Source of the DNA: an uncultured delta proteobacterium
GTDB lineage: Bacteria; Desulfobacterota; Desulfuromonadia; Geobacterales; Pseudopelobacteraceae
NCBI GenBank assembly: GCA_963772835.1
Contig: CAVYYZ010000012.1
Coordinates: 1 to 64,000 of the forward strand
Length of the DNA stretch: 64,000 nucleotides
Direction of reading: 5' to 3'
The notes beneath the pieces were generated by a model. It did not search any database, had not been told where the DNA came from, and saw only the letters and a list, made by a program, of their open reading frames with translations. This document shows positions 63,009-64,000 of the stretch, in pieces (position 1 is the stretch's first letter; each line of letters opens with the position of its first letter). The translations under genes and the position numbers were made by a program.

Positions 63009-63398
63009 CGCACCAGCGATTACTTGGGGAATCTAACTATAAGCTTATTTGATTTTTGCGGGGAGAGCGGCGAGCTTTTCTGAACATATCACAGGGGGCT
63101 ACCCGACTTCATGGGTAGATCAGCATGGATTGGCATATTTGGGAATTGATGGACGCGTTCAAACGCTTTGGCTAGATCGAAAATTGGAGCTGAGACAACT
63201 ATAGCTTTCACCCACCGCACCCTTAATGGCATCAAGAAACAAGCTGTAAGATCATAGATTTGTTTCAATGCTTGCGTAATAAGCAACATAACAACAGACC
63301 GGAAGCCCTGCCTTAGGGCTTTTTTCGTTGACGCATATACACTCAGCGACTAAAAAAGAACGAACAAAACATTATCTTATCGAGAAAGAAAGCTGCCT

Positions 63399-64000
63399 AT
63401 GCCGTTTAACTGCATGTCAGAAAATGAAATATTATATGCGGGAAGTTTTTCTGCCTCCGAATGGGAAGATCTCAAGCTTCAAGTCAGAGATGGATCACGT
63501 GTGCTCAGGCTCCCATGCTGCAATGCAAAAGTGAGCTTACGTAGCGCGAGCAAGGACCGGCATCAATTTTTTGCTCACTCAAGAAATCAAAGCTGCGACA
63601 ATGATGCGTGGAGCGACTATTCCGGCAAACAAGGTAATAGAAAGCGGAGGAAATCCGAATCATTCGACCATCAAAGAGTAAAGGAAATTATTAAAGACGT
63701 TGCTGAAAAAACCGGCTGGACAGCTTCAATAGAATTTTCGAGCAAAACATCTTCAGGTATTGACTGGAAAGCGGACGTATTTATTGAGAAAGGCGAACAG
63801 AAGCTTGTGGTTGAAGTTCAAGTTTCCCCGCAACAGCTTGCTGACTATCGAATTCGCCAACAGCGGTATCTAGAATCAGGCATACCATGCCTCTGGCTTT
63901 CAAACTATCCTCCTGATCTAGCAGACACAGGTCTTCCTGTGTTTGAACTTTCAAAATCAGAGGGAGTATTCGTTGTCGACTTCCCCAAGTCGTTCTCAGC
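63399..64000 (+). CDS. CoiA-like PD-(D/E)xK-type nuclease, partial (runs off the window end; absent from the ORF track)
   Basis: Manual translation: MPFNC...LPCC...FFAH...C...ESFDH...WKADV...VVEVQVS...RQQRY...G..CLW, with no stop before 64000. Confidence 0.8.
   Translation, partial: MPFNCMSENEILYAGSFSASEWEDLKLQVRDGSRVLRLPCCNAKVSLRSASKDRHQFFAHSRNQSCDNDAWSDYSGKQGNRKRRKSESFDHQRVKEIIKDVAEKTGWTASIEFSSKTSSGIDWKADVFIEKGEQKLVVEVQVSPQQLADYRIRQQRYLESGIPCLWLSNYPPDLADTGLPVFELSKSEGVFVVDFPKSFS

Noticed and set aside
63089..63534. Short ORFs 63089-63289 (-) and 63328-63534 (+)
   Set aside because: No motifs or clear RBS; the second overlaps the better-supported CoiA-like frame.

Overview
A 64-kb window that looks like chromosome from a Geobacteraceae/Desulfuromonadales-type deltaproteobacterium (inferred from gene content). 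It has five parts. (1) 1-7.4 kb, defence region: a NERD-domain gene, an RloC-like AAA_13 ATPase and a type I hsdM, all broken by frameshifts, preceded by a small promoter-terminator unit, plus an intact AbiEi/AbiEii module bracketed by ~100-bp direct repeats. (2) 8.9-16.8 kb: a 7.9-kb integrase-less islet at tRNA-Glu(TTC), bounded by a diverged copy of the tRNA 3' end plus terminator. It carries only two genes, a 1826-aa exported repeat protein and a lipoprotein-TPR-secretin fusion with no apparent N-domains. This pair is the best candidate for an undescribed system. (3) 17-43 kb, core-like genes: NlpC/P60, cheR-MCP-cheW, hypA, GTP-PEPCK, a membrane Fe-S oxidoreductase, two ETF pairs, a CoA-transferase and glutaryl-CoA dehydrogenase with an IclR regulator, gltBD and gdhA. 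(4) 43-54.6 kb: a sigma54-controlled 3-hydroxybutyrate/acetoacetate uptake and catabolism cluster. (5) 54.7-64 kb, second accessory/defence region: XRE-IrrE, DUF4411 PIN, AbiGi-like and MmeI-like genes, then small low-GC ORFs, two attC-like hairpins, dinJ-yafQ and a partial CoiA-like nuclease. All product calls come from motif recognition by eye; no database search was run.
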